From positions 111,476,001 to 111,540,000 of the forward strand of contig NC_042997.1 in the NCBI RefSeq assembly GCF_006345805.1: a DNA stretch of 64,000 nt, given 5' to 3'. A program made the position numbers and the translations under genes. This DNA comes from Octopus sinensis. Its lineage: Eukaryota. The notes beneath the pieces were generated by a model that saw nothing but the letters and a program-made list of their open reading frames with translations, was not told where the DNA came from and ran no database searches. Positions 50,970 to 64,000 of the stretch are shown here, piece by piece; the stretch's first letter is position 1, and every line of letters begins with the position of its first letter.

Positions 50970-53030
50970 TTAAAGGAGTGAATGTCATGGACCAGAGGGA
51001 AAGAAGATGATGGGTAGTGAGTTGCAGACGACAGCAGTTTGAGAGGAAAGAAGTTATGAGAATAAAAGGAAGCTTAACAGAGAAATGATGTCCCTGGGAA
51101 ATGAAGTGGGTGACACGTTTAAAGGGCTGGACTGGAGGTACCGAACTAGAAAGTTCTATGATAGCTTGTGACTATATAGTCACTTGTGAAAGCATGGTAT
51201 ATATCACTGATCCGTCCTTGCATGTAAGTGATGACTAAACACTAAGAAAGAGTAAAGTCAAAAGAATTAAGTCCTCAGTACAAAACTGGAATTATTTCAA
51301 ATGACCATGACCACCACCACTCTACAGTAAATAGAAAGGCAAGATTTGTGTTCAGAACAACGAAGAGTATAGTTTAGTCTTAGGTCAACCCTGATTTAAC
51401 ACAGGTAGTATAGGTTCTCCAGCCATGATCACATCATGTTTTTAGGGGTATATTGAACTATATTGCTGGTTCTACATAAAAAGCACCCTTGCTGGCACCA
51501 TGTAGAAAGTGCCCATGCCAGTGCCCTACAGAAAGTGCCACATGGAAAGCTCCTATGCTGATGTCACATAAAAAGTGCCCATGCAGGTGTCATGTCAAAA
51601 GAACCTGTGTTAGCACCACTTAAAGAAGAACCATGGTGGTGATGTGTAAAAGGTAGCTGTGCTGGCATTACATAAAAAGTACTAAGTACAGTCTGTGAAG
51701 TGGTTGGTGCTAGGAAGGGCATCAAGCCATAGAAAACAAGCTAAAACTGACAATTGGAGGCTGGTGCTGTCCTTTTTCTTACAAGCTCCGTTCAAACTGC
51801 CCAACCCATGCCAGCATGGAAAATGGACATTAAATGATAATGATTGCTTAAAGCCTTTTATTACCATATTTCTGATGAAAAACACTATCTTTGCTTTAAT
51901 TCATTTTGAAAATAATAAATAAGTAAAATAAATGTCAATAACAGGTGAGGTAGTGGCTGTGTGGTAAGTAGTTTGCTTACCAACCACATGGTTCCGGGTT
52001 CAGTCCCACTGTGTGGCACCTTGGGCAAGTGTCTTCTACTATAGCCTCGTGAGTGGCTTCGACTATAGCCTTGTGAGTGGATCTGGTAGACGGAAACTGA
52101 AAAAAGCCCGTCGTGTATATGTATATATATGTGTGTGTTTGTGTCTGTGTTTGTCCCCCCAACATCGCTTGACATCTGATGCTGGTATGTGTACGTCCCT
52201 GTAACTTAGCAGTTTGGCAAAAGAGACCAATAGACTAAGTACTAGGTTTACAAAGAATAAATTCTGGGGTCGATTTGCTTGACTAAAGGCAGTGCTCTAG
52301 CATGGCTGCAGTCAAATGGCTGAAACAAGTAAAAAAGTACAGAGAATAATTTGGCGTTTGAAACCAGAATTTTGATGGAAGGTTTTTCAATTTAGATCAC
52401 TTTGAAACCAGGGGCAGCCAGTCTCAGGTTGGTCTCAAAATGGTTAACATGTCCTTTTCTTATTCAAGATGGTAAGGTATAGGATCTTCATCATCATCAT
52501 TTAATGTCCGCTTTCCATGCTGGCATGGGTTGGGTGGTTTGACCGAGCACTGGCAAGCCAGGAGGCTGCACCAGGATCCAGTCTGATCTAACATGGTTTC
52601 TACATCTGGATGCCCTTCCTAATGCCAACCACTCCGAGAGTGAAGTGGGTGCTTTTACGTGCCACTGGCATGAGGGCCAGTGAGGCAGTACTGGCATTGA
52701 CGATGCTTGAATGATGCTTTTTATGTGCCACCAGCATGGGACCACTCAGGCAGTACTGGCATCGACCATGCTCAAATGCTTTTTACGTGCCACCAGCACA
52801 GGAGCCAGTCAGGCGGCACTGACATTGACCACACTCGAATGGTGCTTTTTACATACCAACCAGGCGATACTGTCATCAGCCATGACAATGACTTCACTTG
52901 ACTGAACAGGTCTTCACAAGCACAGCTTATTGCCCAATGATTTAATATATCATATAATAACGAACTTACTCATCAGAAAAACCAAAAGTGCATGAACAGT
53001 CCAGGAAGTGAACAGTAAATGAGTTGTTGA

Positions 53031-53700
53031 AAAGATTGTCTGCCAACATAACATGGCAGTCCTGGTTTAGGATGAAAGTTGCTGTAATTTAGCCCCAGGA
53101 GACATCGTCTCCAGCTGGCTATATGATACGATGTGTGTCCTTATATTTTTGAACAAGGTAATCTAGCATCCCCACTCAGCTCAAAACAATATCTGTGTAT
53201 CGTGATTTCCGGGTTATTTCCCTTCATCAGCACAGAATAATTGTTCGGCTAGAGATGGCGCTGCCAAATTCCCGTTTGAAATATATAGTTTTCAAAGTGA
53301 CAACTAGTCACTGATTTATAAATTAGAAAATTACTATTTTTAAATCTTACAACGTGAGATATTCAGCAACAGTATTTTGGAGTAAAGATTATTTGCCAAC
53401 ATAACATAGCAGTCCTGGTTTAGGATGAATGTTACTGTAAATTGTAGCCCCAGGAGACATCGTCTCCAGCTGGCTATATGACATGATCTGTATCCTTATA
53501 TTTTCAAACAAGAATCCAGCACCACCACTCAGCTCAAAACAACATCTGTGCATTGTGACTTCTGTCTCCGGGGGGTTAAATTACAGCAACATTCTTTCCT
53601 AAACCAGGACTGCCATGTTATGTTGGCAAACAATCTTTACTACAAAGTACTGTTGCTGAATATCTCATGTCGTGAGATTTAAAAATAGTAATTTTCTAGT
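53031..53700 (-). mobile_element. Penelope-like/retrozyme-like element: 353-bp-period direct repeat plus inverted tail, with hammerhead (family 2)
   Basis: 53031-53215 is repeated at 53384-53562. 53563-53700 is an inverted copy of ~53320-53462. The hammerhead lies at 53192-53236. A further partial copy is at 63543-63742. Confidence 0.75.
53192..53236 (-). ncRNA. Minimal type-I hammerhead ribozyme motif (family 2)
   Basis: UCUGUG CUGAUGA AGGG-aaauaa-CCCG GAAA UCACGA UA CACAGA. 6-bp helix I, intact core, helix III AUC/GAU, AUA cleavage triplet. Confidence 0.75.
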
Positions 53701-53714
53701 AAATAAATAATTAA

Positions 53715-54010
53715 AAAAAGGTGGGGGGGGGGTGATGGACATCAGGTGTATTGTTGGTGAATTTCAGAGAGCCTGGAAGTTTTGAAGGACATAGTGTCTT
53801 GACAGCTGACAACTGATGCGGGTAGTTTATTCCATGCGTCAGCAATTCTGAGCATGAGAAAACGTTTCTGAAATTCATGGGTGCTGTGTTGTTTGATTTT
53901 GTAAGCAGGTCCACAGTGTTTGAGATACGGAACTGATAAAAGGTGCCCAAAGTGGTGGTGGTCATTGTTGGAAAACTGGTGGATAATCTTGTAGGTGTCT
54001 GCCAAGTCAG
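53715..54010 (-). mobile_element. Diverged CR1/L2-type LINE 3' fragment
   Basis: Reads DLADTYKIIH...AYKIKQHSTHEFQKRFLMLRIADAWNKLPASVVSCQDTMSFKTS, homologous to the 8.0-kb copy. Confidence 0.75.
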
Positions 54011-57000
54011 TTGTATGATTGAGAGAACATTATCCTCTATCCCCAGCAGGTCAATTACTATATGGAGACCCCTTTACTGACTTGCGACCATGAGAATAGA
54101 ACACAGGGCTGTGTGTGTGTGTGTGTAACAAACTTCTTACAGTCAAGACACAAGAAGAACAATAATTATATATTCATATTTAAGTAGTTACTTCCCTTAG
54201 AATTCATTTCTTTCAGCTTTTACTTGTTTCATTCATTAGACACTGGCCATGCTGGAGCACCACATTGAAGACTGTTTAGTTGAATGATTCGAAGCCTGCA
54301 CTTATATTTTTAAAGCTTGGTACTTATTCTATCGATCTTTTTTGCTGAACCGCTAAGTTACAGGAACATAAACAAACCAGCACTGGTTGTCAAGCGGTGG
54401 TAGGGGACAAGCACATACACACACATACGACGGGATTCTTACAGTTTCCGTCTACCAAATCCACTCACAAAGACTTTGGTTGGCCCAAGGCTATAGTAGA
54501 ATACACTTGCCCAAAATACCACAAAGTGGAACTGAACCCAGAACCTTGTGGTTGGGAAGCAAACTTCTTACCACACGGCCATGCCTGGGGTTACATCACT
54601 AAAACAGGAGGGGGGGCAAGTGGTCCATTTAAATCAAAATTTCTCATCAACCTAATATTTGTGGTTTTGTGCCTTCATTAAAAAAATAATAAAAAAGATC
54701 AATATTGATATTTTTATTATAACTGACGATGAGCAATACACTCAGAAACATATATCTTCAGGTGTCTTGTCCCGGCTTGCGGGGGTGATTGCCTCCCCTT
54801 TGCAAATATAAGGACACAGAAAATATGTTAAAGCCGACAGGAGACGTCAATGTTTCCTAGGGCTAAATGGCGGTGGTGTAATTCCTTTACGGGACTGTCC
54901 ATTGAGTTGACAGTATACGACCACTATATTATTATAACATTTCTAATTAGATTTTTAATGTCCTCTACATTAACCCTTTGGCATTGAGATTATCCTGTCA
55001 AATTTTAATGCTTATTTATTCACATTGGTTTGCATTAAACCCTGCATCATCATGTAGCTTTGAGATTTTGATAATGGAATTGTTTATTTTTCTGCCAGTG
55101 CCCCCTGACTGGCTCCTGTTCCGGTGGCATGTAAAATGCACCATCCAAATGTGGCCGATGCCAGTGCCCCAACTGGCTCCCGTGCTGGTGGAATGGAAAA
55201 TGCACCATCTGAACATGGCCAATGCCAATACCCACTGACTGGCTCCTCCTGTGTCGGTGGCACATAAAAAGCACTATCTGAACGTGATCGATGCCAGGCC
55301 CACCTGACAGGCTCCTATGTTGGTCGCATACATTTTCAGAGTGGTTGGCATTAGGAAAGGCATCCAACTGTAGAAACCTTGCCAGATCAGATTAGAGCCT
55401 GGTGCAGCCTTCTGGCTTGCCAGTCTTCAGTCAAACCGTCCAACCCATGCCAGCATGGAAAGCGGACATTAAACGATGATAATGATGATGATTGTAGGGT
55501 AGGTGCGAGAGGCCAGATCTAGCCAGTTTGAGCATAAAACAGGGTCGAATGTTTAGGCCTGAAATGGCTTGTTTGAATGCTGAAGGATCAAACGTCAACA
55601 CTAACTTAACTATCGATGCAGATAGCATCCCTGAATTTCTAAACGCTTCTATGTCACTCAGGCATCTAATATGGGATGCAAGGGTTTTAGAGATCCAAAG
55701 GTACAAATGTAGCTATGTGGTTAAGAAGCTTGCTTCTCAACCATAAGGTTTTAGGTTCAGTCCCACTGTACGATGCTTCAGGCATCTTCTATTATATAGC
55801 CCTGGGCTGACTAAAGCCTTGTGAGTGGTTTTGGTAAAAGGTAAAGACCTCCTTCAGTCATGAATAACCATGGGATTGTGCCTAGAAAGTTCCCCTCTGA
55901 AGCACAAGTCCAGGCAAGGTTGTTTTATGGAAGACCAGAAGTCACCCATGCATACCAGCGTTCTCTCTCCAGGCCACTGATGTTATCCAAGGGAAAGGCA
56001 AAGAGGCCGATACAGCTTGGCACCAGTGATGTCACAACTCATTTCTACAGCAGAGTGAACTGGAGCAATGTGAAATAAAGTGTCTGGCTCAAGAACACGA
56101 CACAGCCCGGTCTGGGAATTGAACTCAATACCTCATGATTGTGAACCCAACGCTCTAACCACTGAGCCACTGGTAGATGGAAACTAAAAGAAGTACGTTG
56201 CACACACGCATATTTGTGTGTGTGTATGTTTGTACCCGGCAACCAGTGCTGGTTCGTTTACATTCCCGTAACTTAGTGGTTTGGCAAAAAGAGACTGATG
56301 GTATAAATACCAGGATTAGAAGAAAAAAGTACTGGGAGCAATTTGTTAGGCTGAATCCTTGAAGGAGGTGCCCTGGCATGGCCACAGTTTATTGACTGAA
56401 ACAAGTAAAAGATAACCTGAAAAATGTGTGTGTGTGTGTGTTTATCTTGACATGATTGTAAAAGTGATGTTAGTTTATTTCCTGTCTTTCCTGGTGAAAT
56501 ATTACCTTACTTGGAAACATATGAAGGTTGGCAACAGGGAGGGCATCCAGCCATAGAAGATCTGCTTCAACAGATTTTGTCTGACCCATGCAGGCATGGG
56601 AAAGTGGACGTTAAACAGTAATTGGTGAGGATGGATCACTGCTTCAGACGTTATGAGAAGGTTACGTATACCAAGGTAGATCAAATCAGCTCTGTAGTTA
56701 TCTCCCTTACTTGCCAGGACACTTGCAACAATATTATTTCTTACCTCACTCTTTCAAATCATCATCATCATCGTTTAACGTCCGTTTTCCATGCAAGCAT
56801 GGGTTGGACGGTTCGACCGGGATCTGGGAAGCCAGGAGGCTGCACCAGGCTCCAGTCTGATCTGGCAGAGTTTCTACAGCTGGATGCCCTTCCTAACGCC
56901 AACGACTCCCTGAGTGTAGTAGGTGCTTTTTACGTGCCACAAGCACAGGTGCCAGGCGAGGCTGGCAATGGCCACGATTGGTTGGTGCTTTTTACGTGCC

Positions 57001-59460
57001 ACCGGCACGGAAGCCAGTCAAGGCGGCACTGGCATCGGCCACGTTCGGCTGGTGCTTTTTACATGCCACTGGCATCGGCCACGTTCGGCTGGTGCTTTTT
57101 ACATGCCACTGGCACAGGTATCATAACTACAATTTCCATTGGTTTTTGATGTTGATGTACATGACTCAATAGGTCTCCTCAAGCACAGGGTCAAAATGGA
57201 GTTTCTTTACTTGCCACCTGCACAGGAGTCAGTCCAGCGGCACTGGCAACTGCCGGGTGCCAGTCATAGTATTGGTTTAATTTTGATTCCGATTTCACTT
57301 GCCTCAATAGGTCTTCGTGTGTCCAAAGAAGGAAAGGCATGCATAAGTGGGCTGGCTACATCCCTGGCAAAGGCCACAGGATGGTCTCACTTGTCCTGCC
57401 GGGTCTTCTCACGCACAGCATATTTCGAATCCTCTTTCACATTGTGGTATGAAGTTGGATGTGTCATTACAGGGATCAGTTCTTTGTATTATGTTAAAGG
57501 TTAATTACCCACCTCCCAACCCATTCTGATCCTCTATCCCTGTCTGTCTCTCTCTCTTATATTAATGTTATACCTTTGGAGTACGCCCCCTATCAGTTCT
57601 TTTCTCTCGTTCTAGCTGGGGTAGCCATGTATCCTTCCCTTAAGCAAGACACCTGTTCCTGTCCCTCTATCATACTTAAATCTCTCGTCCCCTGACACAT
57701 AGCCTCCTCCCTCAATACTGTATCCCACCACTCAGTTGAGGGATCCTGTTTTGCAAGATACTCGGTGACCTCACTAGTGCTGGTGCCATGCATAAAAGCA
57801 CCCAGTCCACTCTGTAAAGTGGTTGGTATTAGGAAGGGCATCCAGCCATGGAAACCAAGCCAGAGCAGATAATTGGAAGCTGGTGCAGTCCTCTGGTTCC
57901 TGTCAAGCTGTCCAACCCATACCAGGATGGAAAAGTGGATATTAAACAATACTGACGATGATGATCATTTAATGTCTGTTTTCCATTCTGGCATGGGTCG
58001 GATGGTTTGGCAGGAGCTGGTAAGGCCAGGAGCCACACCAGGCTCCATTGTCTGTAGGGGCAACAGTTGGCAAGCCGGGGAGTTATCCAGACTCCAGTTG
58101 TCTGCTGAGGCATGGTTTCTACAGCTGGATGCCCTTCTTAACACCAACCACTCTGCAGAGTGTACCAGGGGCTTTTTATGGGGCACTGGCACAGGTGATA
58201 ATAGTTTGTAAGTTTATATGAAATTCAGAATCTTCAAGAAAATATGAAATCAGATTAATAGCAAACTTCAAAGTGGATAGATCATCATCATCATCAACCA
58301 TTCCATGCTTGTATAGTGGACAGAATTTGTCGAGGGATATTTTCTACAAATGGATGCTGTTTCTTTTGCCCACCATGTTTCCACGTAAGATAATATTACC
58401 TAAAGTTTACAACATTGCACCAAAGTCAGAAGCCATTATTTTTCTGTCTCAGTTGGTAGAACTTTGTTTTAGGTATGGCACGATTACTGTAAGGTTTATG
58501 TCAACTGGTGGAAGTGTCAGAATTCCCAAACGTCAAGCCTTTGTAGTAAATTCAACACTGAATCACTAGATAGCTGAGCAGACACCACAATCAGACCACA
58601 GTTGTGTCATGTGATCAGCTGATGATATCTGACCAATCAGCATAAAGTCATTGTATGCTTTGACTTTCTCTTTGAGCCTTATATGAAAATGGTTTTTGGC
58701 AGTAACCCCAGAATGTTGAGACCACCACTCAACATCTCCATTCCCATTTCTTCACCAATCATTGGCAAACAGAAGGCACCATGATTTTGTCACCATGAAT
58801 TGTAGCACATTTGGTTAAACTGTCCTGAATTCCAGTCTTATGTCTCTCTCTCTCTCTCTCTCTCTCTGTAAATGTCACTATTAGCTTCTGTCAAAAGACC
58901 AACAAAGTTAAAACACTCTATGCAGTAAATAAAATCTTCTGTTAATTGTTTGTTGTTAATTACTTCCACACACAGCCCCAGAAAGACATTTTCATTCACC
59001 AATGGCAACGAGAAATCCATGCCACTTTTATTTTTTTTTTATTAGTCCTAGTATGTGTTTAAGCTGTTTGCTACTCGTCCACAATGTTTTGAGTTCAATC
59101 CCACCCAACAACACTGGGGGGGGTATCGTTGATCCCAGTTTGGGGATAATTTTATCGCACCAATCTCTGAAACCTTAAAAAAAAAAAAGAGTCCAAAAGC
59201 ATTGCTATTCTGAAGTCATCTAAAAAAAAACTATAACAGGGTCAAAATTTGGCACAAGGTCAGCTAGTTCAGGAGGGGGGGAGGGGGTAAGGAGAATTCA
59301 TTACACTGACCCCAGGGCTTAACTGATATTCATTTTATCAACCCTGAAAGACAAAGTCGATAACAGAGGAATATTATAGACATGAAATTCCGCTGAGCAT
59401 TTTGTCTGATCTGCTAACAATTCTGCCAGCCTTAAAAAAATTAATAGAAAGGCTTCCTTT

Positions 59461-59814
59461 TGTACCCACCCATAAAATTTTTTAAAAGATTAAACATGGT
59501 GTAAAATTGATTTCCTACCATGTCTTATAATAATAATAATAATAATAACGATGAGAAAGTCATAAAAATTAAGAATTTCTATAAAAAAAACTCCATTTCT
59601 GTATTGTGTATACTCATGTCCCAATTTCCCATTTAGGCCCGAATTGCCTAACTTTGGGACATGAATATACACAATACTGAAATGGAGTTTTTTTAAATAG
59701 AAATTCTTAATTTTTATGACTTTCTCATCGTTATTATTATAAGACATGGTAGGAAATCAATTTTCCACCCGTGTCTAATATTAAAAAAAAAAAAAATGTA
59801 TGGGGGGGGGTAAC
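59461..59814. repeat. Fold-back inverted repeat (core arms 59503-59624 / 59654-59764, 29-nt loop)
   Basis: The arms match by eye except for (TAA)n length and a few substitutions. Confidence 0.9.
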
Positions 59815-59833
59815 AAGAAGTTTTTCTAAATTA

Positions 59834-60100
<267 letters not shown>

Positions 60101-60633
60101 CTATTGTCACTAGTTGTCACAGAAAACAGGTTATTTAAAATGCAGTGTCCGAGAGTTCATTACCCTCAATTTACTTCCGTAATTGTAAAAACTGTAAACT
60201 GTAAATTGTGACATTAGTTTTACCCCCCCCCCCCCACTTACGTTGAAGGTGAGCAAACAGTACTATGCACCTTGGTTACGGACATAACAGAACGGCTGCA
60301 GTAAGATTTGAACCTATGACCAACTGAACAGTCATTTTACGTCTCTTCAATAATTATGTCACCAACATAGAGAGAAAAACACAAATAGAGGGCCCTCCCC
60401 CTCCTCACATGGCTGACACACGAAGGGCTTTTTACAGTTTCCGTTTACCAAATCCATTCATAAGGCTTTGGTCGACCAAGGGTTGTAGTAGATGACACTT
60501 GCCTAAGGTACCATGCAGTGGGACTGAACCCAAAGCTGTGCGATTAGGAAGCGAATCTCTTGACCCCACCCCCCACCCCGCATCGTATATCATCATCGTT
60601 TTAACGGCCATTTTCCCATGCTTGCCTGGGTTA

Positions 60634-60678
<45 letters not shown>

Positions 60679-63217
60679 GAAAATGGAGAAACAAATTTAG
60701 TTTTTTCATCAACTTTCAGATATTTGAATGTTAGATTATTTATTCATTTAACAAAATGCGAACCTCAATAGCATACATATATATCTTATAATTCAATACA
60801 TATTACCTGTTTAATACAATAAATGAGTTAATTGCATTGCAATTAAAAACATTTATGTATTAAGAATCTGGGTACTTTACCAACAGTATAATGGATAAAT
60901 GCTATCCCATAGTGGGTTACACCCATTACTCCTATCTTACCTTGTGTATATATATATATATATATACACACATAAGTTTCTTTACTTATAATTTATTGCA
61001 TTTTATTGTATACAAATCAAACGCAATGTCAGTTTATTGATGTTAAACTCTCCAGAGAGAGAGAGAGAGAGAGAGAATGAGAAAGGGAGAGAGTGAGAGG
61101 AGTGACAGAGTTAATGGCGACCTAAATTTGAGTTTGTGGAAGCAAATATAATTTATAACCTGCTTTACAATCTGTAACATAACCAAATTATATTCCACTG
61201 GCCTTGGACTGGTTTTTAAAAGGTAAAACATTTCCTATAAACTTGTTTCTAGTTAAGTACATTCCACTTGGTGTAAACAAACAGGATTTTACACTTTTGG
61301 CAAAATGGTTTGACTTCCACCATTATGAAAATTAATCTAATTGCCAAGTTTTTCCTTCCCCATTTTCTAGAATCTTCCAGTTTGACCAAATAATTCTTAC
61401 ATCAGTCACCCAAATTCCCCTCATTGTATACTTTTTATCTTCTAACAGAGTTCAAATGTGATCATCATGACCTTAAGCATCAGGTCACTTGTGAGGTTTC
61501 TCATGAGTGCTACTGGTAACATGGAATCCAGTAGAACTTGTGGCATGTGTCATCAGCAATGAAACCGGCACCCCGACTAAGCTTGCCTGGTGAGAAGGGT
61601 TGCTAGAAATCCAGCAGAACTAAAAACAAGACCTGGCAAAAATACAGATCATCATCATCATCATTTAACATCTTTTTTCCATGCTGGCATGGGTTGAAGG
61701 GTTTGACTGGAGACTGGCAATCCAGATAGCTGCACCAGGCTCCAATCTGATCTGGCAAAGTTTCTACAGCTAGATGCCCTTCCTAATGTCAACCACTCTG
61801 AGAGTGTAGTGAGTGCTTTTTGCGTGTCACTCGCACGGGAGCAAGTCAGGTGGGCCTGGCACTGACCACGTTCAGATGGTGCTTTTTACATGCCACTGGC
61901 ACAGGAGCCAGTCTGGGTGGGCGGGTGGGTGGGCTGACATCTGACTCTTGTATTGGTTCAATGACTACCTTTGAAATTTTGGGTTGGTATAAGATGTGCT
62001 GGAAGACTACTGGGAGTAAAGGACCCCTTAGTTTTTGTTAAAGCATGTCTCTAAAACCCACTACAAACCTCCGATGATCAGCAGTGCCTTGGTCAGTGAA
62101 TCTTCTGTGATGGTCAACAATGAACAGCAAAATGAGCTGCTATGGATCACACTACCTGAAAGTGCGTATGCATGTGACTGGGGACCACATGTGAATTTGT
62201 ATTTCCACTGAAGCTCTAAACATAATTAGAGCTGACTCAACCCACCTTGGGGTTGTACCAGGACAAGGATTTTGATGTTATGTGCACAAATTTTCATCAG
62301 AAAATTGGGAACTCCTCCTCCTCATCATCATCACTTTGATGCTCCCTTTTCCATGCTTGCAGGGGTCAGAAGGAATTTATTGGTGCAGATTTTCTACTTC
62401 TGAATGCTCTTCCTGTCCCCAACCTTCACCTGTTCCTAAGTAAGGTAATATTTAACCATGGCCAGAAATGTCTCAGAAGGAAAGAAATGAAGGACACCAC
62501 TTGTGTGATGGAGTGACCCTTGCTCAAGGCAAAGAAACAGTCATACATGCGCACATGCGTGCGTGCGGACATGCACAATGAGCTCCTTTCAGTTTATGCC
62601 TACCAAAGCATTGCATGTGGATTTGGTTGACAGAAATCCACTTGCAAAGCTTTGGTTGGCCCAGGGCTATAATAGAAGTCACTTGCCCAAGGTGCCACAC
62701 AGTGGAACTGAACCTGCAACCATATGGTTGGGAAGCAACAGCCATGCCTACACACACACACACTCACACAAGACTGGCATCAGTTAATGAGTGTAAAAGT
62801 TTTTAGTTGAACATAAATGACCTTCCTACTTCGTTAGCTCTAAATATTTAAAATATTTAATCACAAATGAACTTTCTTATTGAATTATAAATTTGTGTGG
62901 GGAGTGGTGGTGGTGGTGCACACATTCTCCAGTTGGCGGCCACTCAAACATGTGCACTTACATCTATGCACACAGTTGCAGGAATACATTTACATGCACG
63001 CCCCCCACCCCAGCCAGATATTTATCAGAATGTGAGAAAACGAAATAACTTGCAGTTCTTACCTCTACAATGACTGGAAACCATTTTGTAAGGAGTTCAA
63101 ATGAGTTGAAGAGTCGCAGGAAGTTGGAAATAGAAAAGAGAAAACATTAATTACAAACCCACAAATCTGTGTGGAAATAAAAATATATACGTCTATATAT
63201 ATATATATATATATATA

Positions 63218-63453
63218 TAGGGTGGCCCAAAAGTAGGTTTACAGTTATTCAACTTTATCTTTCACATTCATATATTAACAGTTTAGATCTTAATTAAAAA
63301 AAAAATATCAAACCATTATTCTATGCTAATTTCAGTAATTTTGTCAAGCTCCCTTTTCAGTTTGTAAGATAGAAATTTAAATGTAATAAAATGTTTTGAA
63401 AGAAATTTAAAGTGCCTATGTCATAACTGTAGACCGACTTTGGGGCCACCCTG
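63218..63453. mobile_element. Tc1/mariner-type MITE
   Basis: TIRs (T/C)AGGGTGGCCC(A/C)AAAGT(A/C)GGT(T/C)TACAGTT, flanked by TA. Confidence 0.8.
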
Positions 63454-63542
63454 TATATATTTTTATATATCTACATTCAAGAGTATAGAGAAATATTTTG
63501 TATCTATAAATCACAATATATACAATTAAGTCACCTCTTGTA

Positions 63543-63742
63543 GTAAAGATTGTGTGCCAACATAACATGGCAGTCCTGCTTTAGGACGAATGTTGCTGTA
63601 ATTTAACCCCAGGAGACATCATCTCCAGCTGGCTATATGACATGATCTGTGTCCTTATATTTTCAAACAAGGGAATCTAGTACACCCACTCAGATCAAAA
63701 CAATATCTGCGTATTGCGATTTCCAGGTTATTTTCCTTCATC
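63543..63742 (-). mobile_element. Truncated copy of the family-2 Penelope-like repeat; hammerhead cut by SINE junction
   Basis: Aligns by eye to 53031-53228. The minus strand retains GAUGA AGGAAAAUAACCUG GAAA UCGCAA UA CGCAGA but lacks the first CU of the core and helix I 5' strand. Confidence 0.75.
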
Positions 63743-64000
63743 TGGCAGAGTTTCTACAGTTGGATGCCCTTCCTAACGCCAACCACTTCAAGAGTGTAGT
63801 GGGTGCTTTTATGTGCCACCGGCACGGGGCCAGTCAGGCGGTACTGGCAACGACCTCGCTCGAATCTTTTACACATGCCACCAGCACAGGTGCCAGTAAG
63901 GTGATGCTGGTAACGATCATGCTCGAATGGTGTCTTATGTGCTACCGGCACGGAGGCCAGATAGCTGCTCTGGCAACGATCACGCTCGGATGCACATTAT

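Noticed and set aside
56622-57504. 175-aa and 121-aa ORFs, and many similar 60-140-aa ORFs with LFTCHRH / WCFLHAT / FFQFPST
   Set aside because: Read-through of SINE A and SINE C sequence; the same peptides recur wherever the SINEs do.
63062-63165. Possible upstream RSPRY1 exon (minus-strand GAG|GTAAGA donor)
   Set aside because: The required frame hits TAA before any acceptor, and the peptide lacks the expected FCAQW.LDNLF motif. The upstream exon is taken to be outside the window.

Overview
AT-rich, repeat-dense animal genomic DNA. The SINE and microsatellite landscape looks like Octopus (inferred from repeat style, not from a database hit). (1) The minus strand carries the last seven coding exons of RSPRY1 (SPRY/B30.2 + C3HC4 RING). 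All have GT-AG boundaries and consistent phases, giving 277 aa + stop (59968 down to 24742); the 5' exons lie beyond the window. (2) Nested antisense inside RSPRY1's 17.8-kb intron is an uninterrupted 442-aa ORF (43717-45045). It has an N-terminal coiled coil, an upstream splice acceptor and a candidate non-coding first exon with an RFX X-box. (3) Mobile DNA includes four tRNA-type/RTE-tailed SINE families (dozens of copies), a full-length dead mariner, a deleted mariner, a hAT remnant, piggyBac- and Tc1-type MITEs, and CR1/RTE LINE fragments. (4) The most unusual signal is a set of small Penelope-like non-autonomous elements carrying minimal type-I hammerhead ribozymes (CUGAUGA...GAAA, with short, partly palindromic helix III). 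They come in three sequence variants. One variant is fused to a tRNA-like Pol III head, and another forms a 353-bp tandem unit whose ribozyme is sense to the RSPRY1 pre-mRNA. Nearly all short ORFs in the supplied track are repeat-derived noise.
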